This document shows positions 1-11,275 of a DNA stretch of 64,000 nucleotides, one piece after another (the first letter of the stretch is position 1; each line of letters opens with the position of its first letter). The notes beneath the pieces were generated by a model. It did not search any database and was not told where the DNA came from. It worked only from the letters and a program-made list of their open reading frames with translations. The position numbers were made by a program, and so were the translations under genes. The stretch is taken from the NCBI GenBank assembly GCA_977017645.1, contig OZ360242.1, positions 16,368,001 through 16,432,000 on the forward strand, read 5' to 3'. Source of the DNA: Torpedo marmorata. Taxonomy: Eukaryota.

Positions 1-858
1 CAACACAAGCGATGGGTCCTTATGGACAAATACACTCACAAAGACACATGAGTACGATGGTAATCACGAACCAAAATAGTTTTTTACCTGGCTGATCGTG
101 AGGCGCAGCTTGATCAATGCTAGTGGTGGCGTCCATCTCCAGGCCGCTAACGTCTCCTGCATCAACACTGCTGCTGGCGGCGGGAGATGCAGCAGGAATG
201 GGTTGAGGGGAAGCTGGATCCTCCATGATGCTCCGAAGAGCATCCGGGTTGGCAGAGTGGCTTGTCCCCCAGATCGAATGGCACAGGTCAAAATAGGGCC
301 AGTCCAGGCGCCCTCTGCCACTCCTGCCATTATGATCCACGACCTGATGAAATTTCTTGCGGAGGCTTTTCAATTTTGTTATTACCTGGGCTTTGCTCCG
401 TTCAAAGCCGTGGTCCCTGAGTTGAGTGGCCAGCCTTTCGAAAATCGGGCCATCCTTCACCGTGCCCGTTACCTGGCGATTTATTTCATCCTGTGCCCTG
501 AGTGTTAGGAGCTCACGGACCTCGTTATCTCCCCAGTTGCAAGACATGGTGAGAGCTGAATGTATCCTGATCGTTGCCGAGTTCGTTGATGTCGGATAAT
601 TTTGAATTTCCCGCACTTACGTCGCACGCTAAAGACGTCATCACGACGTTATCTTCCCTTCCCGTTTCAACCTGGCAAAACGGCTCGCCCTTTTAGACTG
701 GCCCCGCTTCGCAACGCTCCACCTCTGACACTACCTACCTTGGCAGATTAAAGCCGGGTAAGTTTAGACCCCCCAATCCGCCTTCGATGCGTTCACACAG
801 CGAGGTGAAGTGTTCTAAAGGTGGATAATACCCGGCTTGAATCCTCTGTGTAAAAGGG
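1..858 (-). mobile_element. End of a putative PIF/Harbinger DNA transposon (continues beyond window start)
   Basis: Contains the Myb/SANT ORF. Terminus reads CCCTTTTACACAG on the minus strand next to TAA (859-861), a Harbinger-type target. The other end is not visible. Confidence 0.45.
88..547 (-). CDS. Myb/SANT-like DNA-binding protein exon, probably the Myb-like ORF of a PIF/Harbinger transposon
   Basis: Translation MSCNWGDNEVRELLTLR...IFERLATQLRDHGFERSKAQVITKLKSLRKKF...DWPYFDLCHSIWG fits the trihelix Myb/SANT (Myb_DNA-bind_4-type) pattern. ATG at 547; CAG|GTAAAA donor at 88/87. Confidence 0.7.
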
Positions 859-2839
859 TAAACAGTGTCTGCAGACTTTCCTGTATAACACTGATACTGC
901 AACAGTTCTTTGAAATCCAATGTGTAAGTAGGCACTGAATCATATGCTCAGGATGAAACTGACACCTGCAATCAATCAGGTGCCATTCCTGTTCCAGTTC
1001 AACTTTCATTTCAAAATTAGAAAATAAATCTACTTTGAAAAATACCATACCAAAACAAAAACTGTACCTCCATAATCTAAGAACAACAATTTCAGGAGAA
1101 GTTTGATAATAAAATAAATGAGGATTTTGAAATTACTGTGTGATGAAGCTGAGTGAGTTATTAAAAATTTACAATAATCTTCTGGTTAACAGAACTTTAG
1201 CGAGTTAAGCATTGATCATGTTTTCAATATAAAGCACTACTGCCCCTTTATGGCAAATGACTGGTTCTGCAGCTAACTACTGTAACAATGTGATTCAGTG
1301 ATTGCAATGATATTTTCATGAACATTGATAAATGATAACCAAAATACTTAAAAAATAAAGTAACAACTAAGAGACCAATTTGGAAAAGAGGGATCTCAAG
1401 GAATTCTCTCGGAGGTATAAACATACTTGAAATAGCAGGAATAAATTTTTAAAAAGCACTCTGATGATCCAGGGCCCGAATGAACAACCTCCCATGTTGG
1501 ACGAAGCCATGGGCTACCTTATGCAGTTATCCACTCATGCTCGCCAGATTACAAAAGAACAAGCAGTGAGCTTGTTAAGCTGTCTCTCAGGATCGAGGAT
1601 AATTCGCTTTCAAGCCCCTTTTGAGAAGTGGAAAATGCTCACATGTGAATATTTTTTCAAATGGGTGGCAGTTTACACCAGCTGCCGCATAGTTGTGACA
1701 GGCCAAAGCATCCAAGAACATTATAGGCAATTGGAGACCAGTTTCTGTTAGACAAGACTTCAGCAGAAACATAGTCTCAGCACTCTGATGACACACACAC
1801 ACCCAGGTGTGTGATTTTGCCCATACCTTTTTAGTTGAACCCCTCCCTCAAAACACCCAATTCTCCTCCCTGCCTCAGTGTGTCCTTTCCACCAGCTTCC
1901 TCATTCTCAGCTTCTACCTCTTTTATTCACTTCCTTGCCTATTTATACCCTCCCTATTCCATTGTTACAGTGGTCTGATTTCCAGATGTAATGTTCCCCT
2001 TGCAGCACTCACAGTTTGTAAACTAATTTTACTGTAATGAGGCATCTCATGATCTTCTGCATTGTAAACTAATGCAGTAAATCATGAGATGCCTCATTAC
2101 AGCATAATCTCGCATATCATATTCCATTGAAGCTTTACTTAAATTACTCAATTATCAGACGAAAGGAACTGGCAGATCTCCACAAATGTCTGCATTAGAT
2201 TTTTGCCTTCCTTGTTATCCCCTTATTTATACTTTTTAATCACACTATAGGTTTTGGTAAAATAAGATCTTCTTATGTACTATTAGTAATGTTTTATTCT
2301 TAAATTGTAGATGCATACCAGTGTTTCACTGATTGGCTTCTCCCTGCCAGCCTGCAAAAATTTAAACTGATACAAAATTTTGCTGCTCATTTCCTATCTC
2401 ACATATTCTGCTGAACCATTGCTCACTTATATTAGCTCCTGGTTAAACTGTGATTTGTTTAAAATTATGATAATTGTTTGCGGTATCTGCTGTCTTCGGC
2501 TGTGCCCTTTTCCACCTTTGTGACCTCCTCAACATTATAACTTTCTTCTTTATAATACCCATGATTTTAATTGTTCCACTTGCTCACTGGGCCTATGGTT
2601 ACGGGGGCCCTGAATTCTGGAATTATGTCTGGAAATCTCTGCTATTTTTCCTCTTTAAGGCTCTCATTAAAATCCACATTGTTGACCAAGCCTTTAATCA
2701 TCTGCCTCTATTTCTCCTTCTATAGCTCAGCATCAAATTGTTTAGAAATGTTTTTGTGAAGGGTTCTGGGACATTTTACTAGGTTCATATTCAAATAGAT
2801 GCAGGAACTCACTAATAGAGACCAGGGCAGGAGTAGCAA

Positions 2840-3090
2840 ACACCAGAGGACATCTGTACAAAGTGAAGGGAGGAAGGTTTAGGGAGTCATCGGGGTAGTT
2901 TTTTTACACACAGTTGTGAGTGGCTGGAATGCATTGCCAGGAGTGGTGGTGGAGGCTGGAACAATAGGGGCATTTAAGAGAAAAATAGAGGGTTATGAGG
3001 GAGGGAGGGTTTCGTTTTTTTTTAGGTACATATAGGTCGACACATCGTGGGCCAAAAGGCTTTTACTATGCTCTAATGTTCTGTGTTCTG
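2840..3090 (+). mobile_element. CR1-like LINE 3' fragment
   Basis: Degenerate CR1 ORF2 C-terminal sequence (TRGH...FFT..VV..WNALP..VVEA) followed by a CR1-type short-repeat tail. Confidence 0.6.
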
Positions 3091-3433
3091 TAAGACATGA
3101 GCAGAATTAGGCCATTTGGCCCATCGAGTCCACCCCGCCATTCCATAATGGCTGATTTATTATCCTTTTCAACCCCATTCTCCTGCCTTTTCCTTGTAAC
3201 CCTTAATTCCCTTCCTAAGCAAGAACCTATCTGTTTCAGTCTTAAATATACCCAATGACTTGGCTTCCACTGCTGTCCACAACAATGACTTCCCCAGATT
3301 CACCACCTTCTGGGTAAAGAAATTCTCCTCTTCTCTGTCCTTACTGAGGCTGTGCCCTCTGATCATAGACTCCCCCACTATAGGAAACATCCGCTCCACA
3401 TCCACTCTATCCAGGCCTTTCAGTTTTTGATAG

Positions 3434-3676
3434 TGATAGGCCTATCAATGATTCCAGAGAGGCAAGAAGTAGTGCAGGAACAGAAGGCTTTTATTAGCTA
3501 TAAAAGAGCACGGCAGTTGACCTGCTGGGACCTGCTGATCTATCCCGGAATGAGGGCGGAGCAGTGGCACAAGGGCCTTTATTCGGGGTAGGAAGGGGAG
3601 GAGCAACCGGGACAGACAGCAGGACATGCCCAGACTTATCCTCAGCCCACAATACACATAACACTGGTTTACCACA
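3434..3676 (-). repeat. 3' LTR of element A
   Basis: Direct repeat of 7637-7879. Confidence 0.95.
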
Positions 3677-3786
3677 TTCACCCCTCCTTTTTAAAAAAGA
3701 GTCCAACGGGGTGACGTGGCCACTGTGGTTATCTTTACAAATACAAAGTGTAAAACAGATGTAAACGAATATATACATATATACAT

Positions 3787-6700
3787 TTACAGGTCGAGCC
3801 GATCAGGCGGTCGGATCCGCCGCTGCGACCTGCGCAGTACCCGTGGTGACGGGGCAGGCTGTGGTGATGGTGGCTGGGTTGTCTCCTGCCTGGCTTGCAG
3901 TACATCCGGCACCGGCGAGGGTGCTGGGGCTGTCGTGCTGGGAGAGGGGGGGGGCTGCGACAAGGGGTTTCCGTTGTCGAGGGCTTCTCCCGGCGCTCCT
4001 GCTGGCGCCAGGTCGCGTATCGATACGGTGTCTTCCCGCCCATCAGGGAAGACCACGTAGGCGTACTGGGGGTTAGCATGGGCTAACTGCACCCTCTGGA
4101 CCATGGGTTCGTATTTGCTACTCCGAAGGTGTCTGCGGGGCAGCACAGGTCCCGGGGACGTCAGCCAAGCAGGTAGGGTGGTTCCGGTGGTCGACTTCCT
4201 GGGGAAGGAGAAAAGTCGTTCGTGAGGGGTGGCATTAGTAGAAGTGCACAGCAGGGACCGGATGGAGTGGAGGGCCTCCGGGAGAACTTCCTGCCATCGG
4301 GAGACCGGCAACCCCTTTGACTTGAGGGCCAGGAGCGCGGCTTTCCAAACGGTGGCGTTCTCCCTTTCCACCTGTCCGTTGCCCCGTGGGTTGTACCCTG
4401 TGGTCCTACTAGTGGCGATGCCCCGGGCCTGCAGGTACTGTCGCAGCTCTTCGCTCATAAAAGCTGATCCCCGGTCGCTATGTATATAGCTGGGGAAGCC
4501 GAATAGTGTAAATACCTGGCGAAGAGCTTTAATGGCCGAGATGGCCGAGGTATCGGGGCAGGGAATGGCAAAGGGGAACCGCGAGTATTCGTCAATGATA
4601 TTGAGGAAATACACATTGTGGTCCGTGGAGGGAAGGGGGGCCTTGAAGTCGATGCCGAGACGTTCAAAAGGGCGGGTGGCTTTGACCAGCTGTGCCTTGT
4701 CGGGGCGGTAGAGCTGTGGTTTGCACTCCGCGCAGACCCGACAACTGCTGTTCATTGTCCTGACCTCTTCCAGGGAGTAGGGCAGGTTCCTGGCTTTCAC
4801 GAAGTGGAACAGCCTGGTAACTCCTGGGTGGCAGAGGTCACAGTGGAGGGAGTACAATCGGTCGATCTGCGCGCTGGCGCACGATCCCCGGGATAGAGCA
4901 TCGGAGGGCTCATTGACCTTCCCGGGCCGGTACAGGATATCGTAATTGTAGGTGGAGAGCTCTATTCTCCACCTCATGATCTTATCGTTTTTGATCTTAC
5001 CCCGCTGCTGGTTGTTAAACATAAACGCAACAGAGCGTTGATCCGTCAGCAGGGTAAAGTGCTTACCGGCGAGATAGTGCCTCCAGTGCCTAATAGCCTC
5101 CACTATGGCCTGGGCCTCTTTCTCAACCGCGGAGTGCCGAATTTCGGGGCCTTGGAGGGTCCGTGAGAAGAACGCCACCGGTCTTCCCGCCTGGTTGAGG
5201 GTAGCAGCCAGCGCGAAGTCCGATGCGTCACTCTCCACCTGGAAAGGTGTCGATTCATCCACCGCGTGCATTGCTGCTCGGGCAATGTCCCCTTTTATGA
5301 GGTCAAAAGCCTTACGTGCCTCCAATGGGAGGGGAAACGTGGTGGACTTGACAAGGGGTCGGGCTTTATCTGCGTAATTAGGGACCCACTGCGCATAGTA
5401 CGAGAAGAACCCGAGGCATCGTTTAAGGGCTTTGGGGGTGTGGGGAAGCGGAAGTTCCAGCAGGGGCCGCATGCGGTCGAGGTCGGGTCCAATAACCCCG
5501 TTCTCAACGACGCACCACAGAATAGCGAGTCGGGTGGTCCCGAACACGCATTTATCTTTGTTGTACGTGAGGTTTAGCGCCTTGGCCGCCTGCAGGAACC
5601 TCCGAAGGTTATTATCATGATCCTGGCGATCATGACCACATATGGTGATGTCGTCCAGGTATGGGAAGGTGGCTTTGAGCTTAAATTGGTCGACTATTCT
5701 GTACATCTCCCGCTGGAACACGGACACCCCATTTGTGACTCCGAAGGGGACGCGCAGGAAATGAAACAGCCTGCCGTCCGCCTCGAAAGCGGTGTACGTG
5801 CGGTCCTCCCGACGGATAGGGAGCTGGTGATAAGCTGACTTAAGGTCTATAGTCGAAAATAGCCTGTACTGGGCTATTTGATTCACCATATCCGCGATTC
5901 GTTGTAGCGGGTATGCGTCCAGTTGTTTGAATCGGTTGATTGTTTGACTATAGTCCACCACCATCCTGCTCTTGGCCCCGTTCTTTACCACGACTACTTG
6001 GGCTCTCCAGGGGCTATTACTCGGCTCGATGATCCCCTCCCCCAATAGTCGCTTCACCTCCGCCTTGATAAACGCTCTGTCCCCTGCACTGTATCGCCTG
6101 CTTTTAGTTGCCACGGGCTTACAGTCAGGGGTCAGGTTGGCGAATAGCGACGGGGGCGAGACCTTAAGTGTGGAGAGGCCACAGGTAGTCTGAGGCGTGT
6201 TGTTAAGGAACTGATGGTTAGCTACCGTGATTGCAGGGTGGGGCCCGTCGTAGCGCATCGTGACACTTTGTAGGTGACTCTGGAAGTCAAGTCCCAGTAG
6301 TACCGGCGCACACAAACGAGGCATGACAAGTAATGAAAAGTGCCGATATTCTGTGTCCTGTACTACAATGTTCGCCACACAACCCCCCCGGATGTCCGTT
6401 GTGTGCGACCCGGACTCCATGGCCACCCTCTGGCTTACCGGTACGGTAGTTAGGCCACAGCGCTGTACTGTGTCCGGGTGTATAAAGCTCTCCGTGCTGC
6501 CTGTATCGAACAGGCAGGTGGTCTTGTGCCCCTCAACCAGGATGTCCATCATGGATCGGGACAGCTGGTGGGGCGCACTCTGGTCGAGGGTGACGGATGC
6601 TAGGGTCGGGATGTAGTCTTGATCCGGCGCTGAAGAAGATGGCCGCCTCCGTGAGTCACACGTGTCGTGGCTGGAGCTGCAAGATGGCAGTGCCGGAAGT

Positions 6701-7614
6701 GCTGATGTGGAGCTGTAAGATGGCGGCGCCGGAAGTGCCGGTGTCCAAGATGGCCGCCTCCACTCCTCGCACGAGGTCGCAACCATGGGTGAATACGACG
6801 CCGGAAGTGACGGGAGGTAAGATGGCCGCTCAGAAATCTCACACGCGGCGCTGCTCGGACCCGCTCGCGGCTTAGAGCGGCAGGCCTTTGCGTAATGGCC
6901 TTTCTTGCCGCAGCTGGAGCAGGTCGCGTCTCGGGCCGGGCAGCGTTTGCGTGGGTGCTTCTCGAGCCCGCAGAAATAGCACTTCTCGGGCTCTCGGTTA
7001 ACGGCTGCGGCGGTGAGTTCACGGATGGTGGCAGCGGCGATCGGGTCGCGGCAGACGGCGGCGGCGGTCAGATCGCCGGCAGGGTTGGGGTTCGGGACTG
7101 TCCACGAGGCCGGCTGGAGGTCGCGCGCTTGCATAGCGTCAGAGTTCCGCAGCACGGCCTCCAGCGTGTGGGCGTGCTCCAGCAGCCGCTGGCGCACGTA
7201 TACCGACCTGATCCCCATGACGAATGTATCTCTCCCCAGCAGTTCCGCATGCTCCTCTGCCGTCAGCGCTTTGCAATCGCACGCCCGCACCAGCGACTGT
7301 ATATCTCGGACAAATTCGGTGATCGACTCCCCGGGCCGCTGCTGCCGCGTTGATAGCCTGTGCCTGTTCACGGGCGTTATGTATAGTCTTTTCAGGGCGT
7401 CCATACCCTCCACGTAAGTTTGACAATCCCGAATTGTCGAATATACCCGAGGGCTTACCCTGGACACGAGGACCGTTTGTTTTTCGTCCTCGTTTTCCAC
7501 TCTGATCGTCCTTAAGAAGGACTCAAAACAACGCAGCCAGTGTTCGAAAGCGTTACCGGCGTCTGGAGCTAGAGGATCGATGTCCAACTTATCCGGTCTC
7601 AGGACGCTCTCCAT
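3787..7614 (-). CDS. Gag-Pol polyprotein (two Zn knuckles, protease, RT, RNase H, integrase), 1275 aa, uninterrupted
   Basis: CYFCGLEKHPRKRC and CSSCGKKGHYAKAC knuckles; LFDTGS protease; YLDD RT; ESDASD RNase H; HxxxxH...CxxC and D-D-E integrase (IDFK, SDRG, VERE). Confidence 0.93.
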   Translation of the reverse strand: MESVLRPDKLDIDPLAPDAGNAFEHWLRCFESFLRTIRVENEDEKQTVLVSRVSPRVYSTIRDCQTYVEGMDALKRLYITPVNRHRLSTRQQRPGESITEFVRDIQSLVRACDCKALTAEEHAELLGRDTFVMGIRSVYVRQRLLEHAHTLEAVLRNSDAMQARDLQPASWTVPNPNPAGDLTAAAVCRDPIAAATIRELTAAAVNREPEKCYFCGLEKHPRKRCPARDATCSSCGKKGHYAKACRSKPRAGPSSAACEISERPSYLPSLPASYSPMVATSCEEWRRPSWTPALPAPPSYSSTSALPALPSCSSSHDTCDSRRRPSSSAPDQDYIPTLASVTLDQSAPHQLSRSMMDILVEGHKTTCLFDTGSTESFIHPDTVQRCGLTTVPVSQRVAMESGSHTTDIRGGCVANIVVQDTEYRHFSLLVMPRLCAPVLLGLDFQSHLQSVTMRYDGPHPAITVANHQFLNNTPQTTCGLSTLKVSPPSLFANLTPDCKPVATKSRRYSAGDRAFIKAEVKRLLGEGIIEPSNSPWRAQVVVVKNGAKSRMVVDYSQTINRFKQLDAYPLQRIADMVNQIAQYRLFSTIDLKSAYHQLPIRREDRTYTAFEADGRLFHFLRVPFGVTNGVSVFQREMYRIVDQFKLKATFPYLDDITICGHDRQDHDNNLRRFLQAAKALNLTYNKDKCVFGTTRLAILWCVVENGVIGPDLDRMRPLLELPLPHTPKALKRCLGFFSYYAQWVPNYADKARPLVKSTTFPLPLEARKAFDLIKGDIARAAMHAVDESTPFQVESDASDFALAATLNQAGRPVAFFSRTLQGPEIRHSAVEKEAQAIVEAIRHWRHYLAGKHFTLLTDQRSVAFMFNNQQRGKIKNDKIMRWRIELSTYNYDILYRPGKVNEPSDALSRGSCASAQIDRLYSLHCDLCHPGVTRLFHFVKARNLPYSLEEVRTMNSSCRVCAECKPQLYRPDKAQLVKATRPFERLGIDFKAPLPSTDHNVYFLNIIDEYSRFPFAIPCPDTSAISAIKALRQVFTLFGFPSYIHSDRGSAFMSEELRQYLQARGIATSRTTGYNPRGNGQVERENATVWKAALLALKSKGLPVSRWQEVLPEALHSIRSLLCTSTNATPHERLFSFPRKSTTGTTLPAWLTSPGPVLPRRHLRSSKYEPMVQRVQLAHANPQYAYVVFPDGREDTVSIRDLAPAGAPGEALDNGNPLSQPPPSPSTTAPAPSPVPDVLQARQETTQPPSPQPAPSPRVLRRSQRRIRPPDRLDL

Positions 7615-7636
7615 CAGATTATATAGCTAATAAAAT

Positions 7637-7879
7637 TGATAGGCATATCAATGATTCCAGAGAGGCGAGAAGTAGTGCAGGAACAGTAGGCTTTTATTAG
7701 CTATAAAAGAGCACGGCAGTTGACCTGCTGGGACCTGCTGATCTATCCCGGAATGAGGGCGGAGTAGTGGCACAAGGGCCTTTATTCGGGGTAGGAAGGG
7801 GAGGAGCAACCGGGACAGACAGCAGGACATGCCCAGACTTATCCTCAGCCCACAATACACAAAACAGTTGTTTACCACA
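7637..7879 (-). repeat. 5' LTR of element A
   Basis: Direct repeat of 3434-3676; gag ATG lies 22 nt downstream. Confidence 0.95.
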
Positions 7880-8680
7880 GATAGGCTTCAATGAGATCAG
7901 TGAGTACAGCCCAAAAGCCATCAAACACTCTTCATATGATATCCCTTTCATTCCGGGGATCATTCTTGTGAACCTCGTCTGGATCCCTCTCCAATGCTAA
8001 CACATCCTTCCTTAGATAAGGAGCCAAAAACTGCTCACAATTCTCCAAGTGAAGTCTGACCAATGCCTTATAAAGCCTCAATGTTACTTCCCTGCTTTTA
8101 AATTCTATCCCTCTCGAAATGAATCCTAGCATTGCATTTACCTTCCTGACTCTACATGCAAGTTAACCTTAGGGAATCTTGCACGAGTTACTGTGCAGGT
8201 CCAATTTTATTTTTTTTTTTAAATTTAGAGATACAGCATGGTAACCCTGTCCCGCCCCAATACACCAATTAGATACAAACCTGTACGCTTTGGAGTTTCT
8301 GAATTCATTGCCTCTTCAGAAAATAGTCTACTCCTTTGTTCCTTCTACCAAAGTGCATGTTCATACACTTCTCTACACTGTATTCCTTCTGCCATTTCCT
8401 TGCCCAATCTCCTAACAGGTCCAAGTTCTTCTGCAGGCTCAGGGCTTCCTCAACACTACCTGCCCCTCCTCCTATCTTTATATCATTCACAAACTTAGCC
8501 ACAAAGCCATCAATTTCATCATTCAAATCATTGACATATAACGTGAAAAGAAGTGGTCCCAGTACAGAGCCCTGTGGACACCACGGGATACTGGCAGCCA
8601 ACCTGAAAAGGCCCCTTTCATCTCCATTCTCTGTTTCCTGGCAGTCAGCCAATTGCCTATCCATGATAATATCTTTCCTG

Positions 8681-9848
8681 TGTTACAAACTAACAAACCT
8701 TGCTAGTACTAACAAATGAACAGCAATGGAAAATTCACCAGACAATGGTAAATTCAAAAATAGTTTTTATTTAAACTATTAATAACACAACATATCTTAC
8801 TTATATCTAAACTTAACTCTAACTTAAACCCCACTATGCGCAAATGTAAATGTGTGTGTGTTAAAGTCCAAACTATTTCAGTTTAAAGTTAATTCTGAAA
8901 AAATTGATTTTTTTTAAATTATTTTGTTTAAAATTTTTAAATCAAAAAATACACAAAATAAAATATGAAATTATCAAATACTTGTGATACATTTTCACCC
9001 CCCCTCCCTCCCTCCCCTCCCCAACCCTCCCAACCCCACTAATCTAATAAAATAATAAAAAGAAAGAGAAGAAAGAGAAAAGGATAAGGTAAGGAGAATG
9101 TCAATCTAATAAATACATCTATAAACTAATTCTATTATGGAGGTTAGGTAGCCAGTAGATCCAATGTCCAGAGATCTTCAAATCCTTAAGCCAACAGCTT
9201 TCATATAAGGGCTCCATATTTTTAAAAAGAAATGATATTTATTACGTAAATTATAAGTAATTTTTTCAAGTGGTATACACGAACGAAGTTCTGCATGCCA
9301 TCTTTCTAACCCTAAATCGAGATCAGATTTCCAAGTAATAGCAATACATTTCTTTGAAACAGCTAAAGCAATTCGCAGAAATTCTATTTGATACATATTT
9401 AATTTCACCTTATACTAAATTTTCTAATATCGCCAAACAAAAATATCATAGGATCCATTGGAAATGTAATCTTAAATACTTTATCTAAAAAATTTGTAAC
9501 TTTCTACCAAAAATCATAAACTTTTGGACAAAACCATGTAGAATGTACAAAAGAACCTTCCTCTTTATTACATCTAAAACATAAACCTGATAATGTCGGA
9601 TTAAATTTCTTATCTCAAGAACCATCATAAAATTTTTGCATCTCTAGCTTCATTTGCTCTGAGCAGACATTTGGTCTCTGAGATGATGTCAGCTGCCATG
9701 CACAAAGAATCTCTCTCTGTGTTTTTAAAATGCAAATGTGTTGTCTTTGTGTCCCTGAACCACCCAAACTAGCTTACTAAGCCATATCTAGATGAAATAT
9801 ATATTTTAACATTAAACTAAAGATGAATATTAACACAGATCCATTACA
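8681..9848. mobile_element. Solo LTR inserted in CR1, itself interrupted by an L1 3' fragment
   Basis: TGTTA...TTACA termini; 4-bp TSD CCTG (8677-8680, 9849-9852); CR1 sequence resumes right after. Confidence 0.65.
8907..9611 (-). mobile_element. L1-clade LINE 3' fragment (same family as 15697-18450)
   Basis: ORF 9178-9408 (KLNMYQIEFLRIALAVSKK...WSPYMKAVGLRI) is nearly identical to the reverse complement of about 17735-18430. A-rich tail at about 8907. Confidence 0.85.
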
Positions 9849-10726
9849 CCTGTAATACTATGGAATCTTATCTTATTTGGCAGCCTCATTTGCGGCAATC
9901 AAAGGCCTTCGGAAACTCCAAGGAAACAACATCCACTGACTCTCCTTTGTCTGTCCTCCCTGCTGTTCTCTCAAAACACTCCAGCAGGTTTGTCAGGCAA
10001 GATTTCCCCTTCAGGAAACCATGCTGACCAGCCTATTTTACAGTGTACCCCCAAGTACCCCGAAACCTCACCCTGAATAATAGATTCTAATATCTTACCA
10101 ACCACTGAAGTCAGGCGAGTTTTCTGTCTTTTGCCTCCCTCCCTTCTGAAAGAGTGGAGTGACATTTGCAATTTTCCAGTCCTCCAGAACCATTCCAGAA
10201 TCTAGTGATTCTTGAAAGATCACTACTAATGTCTCCATAACCTTCTCAGCTACCTCTTTAAGTACCCTGGGATGTAGTCCATCTGGACCAGGTGATTTAT
10301 CTACCTTCAGACTTTTTAACTTTCCCCCACACCTTCTTCGTAATAGCGATTACACCCACTTCTGCCCCTTGACACTCTCGAACTTCTGGCATACTGCTGG
10401 CATTTCTCACAGTGGCGTCACTAGGGTTGGTGTCACCCAGTGCGGTAACTGATGGTGTCACCCACCCCCCCCCCATGGACCTCCTCCCATACCAGACCAT
10501 ACAGAATCCTTAGTAATGTTTTTTGTACTAATATTACTCATAAATTGTAATTCCTGTATATCACTGAAGGTAATGGCAATAGTAGTGAGATAAATAACAA
10601 GCAAAATTAAAATTACACCTTTAAATTACAATATCATACACACAGCCTAAATGTATTTACATTTATATAGTTTATTTTAATTACTACTTCATTCTCCAAA
10701 AAGTTATTGATATAAGTTCACAAATA

Positions 10727-11275
10727 CAGGTGCCTAACCTTTTATCTGAAATTCCGAAAACCGAACATTTTTTCCAGTATATTTTCAGGTGTTTAGCTTA
10801 GTTTGAGCCAGTTAATGTTTGAAGATTTACTGTACGTTTTACTGAAAAATAAAAAGTATGCTAGTAATTTTATGGACTATCTTTATCTCACTTCATTTAC
10901 CACCCCCACTGCCCCCCCCGTCCAGCGCCACTGCGAACACCCCCGTCCAGCACCACCGCGAACACCCCCGTGCAGTGCCGCCGCGAACACTCCCGTCCAG
11001 CGCCGCCGCGAACACCCCCGTCCAGCGCCGCCGCAAACACCCCGTCCAGCGCCGCCGCAACCGCCCCCCACCATTCAGCGTCGCCGCAACCCCCCACCAT
11101 CCAACGCCGCCGTACAGAAACCCTTCTAGTTGGAGTGTGTCTTTGTTTTGCACGAATCTGAAGCAACGCAATTATTTTAAAGTACCGCCGTTAAAATAAT
11201 TCTATAATCCGAAAAAATCCAAATTCCGAAAAGTGTTCCGGTCCCAAGGTTTTCGGATAAAAGGTTAGGCACCTG
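10727..11275. mobile_element. Tc1/mariner (Tigger/pogo-like) MITE nested in the hAT element
   Basis: TIRs CAGGTGCCTAACCTTTTATC and GATAAAAGGTTAGGCACCTG; TA on both sides. Confidence 0.85.
10913..11113. repeat. GC-rich minisatellite, unit about 24-25 bp (CCCCCGTCCAGCGCCGCCGCGAACA), about 8 copies
   Basis: Tandem units visible directly inside the MITE. Confidence 0.85.

Larger units (their letters stand above)
3434..7879 (-). mobile_element. Full-length Ty3/Gypsy LTR retrotransposon (Mag-like), element A
   Basis: 243-bp LTRs at 3434-3676 and 7637-7879 (TG...CA, about 7 mismatches). 5-bp TSD GATAG at 3429-3433 and 7880-7884. PPT next to the 3' LTR. Single gag-pol ORF. Confidence 0.95.

Noticed and set aside
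1464-1802. ORFs with a faint minus-strand resemblance to a retroviral integrase C-terminus (LKSCLTETGLQLP..HPFE)
   Set aside because: Too degenerate; no catalytic motifs or LTR context to support a call.
10803-11199. Overlapping Pro/Arg/Ala-rich ORFs on both strands; array superficially CRISPR-like
   Set aside because: Products of a GC-rich minisatellite; no unique spacers or cas genes, and the context is eukaryotic.
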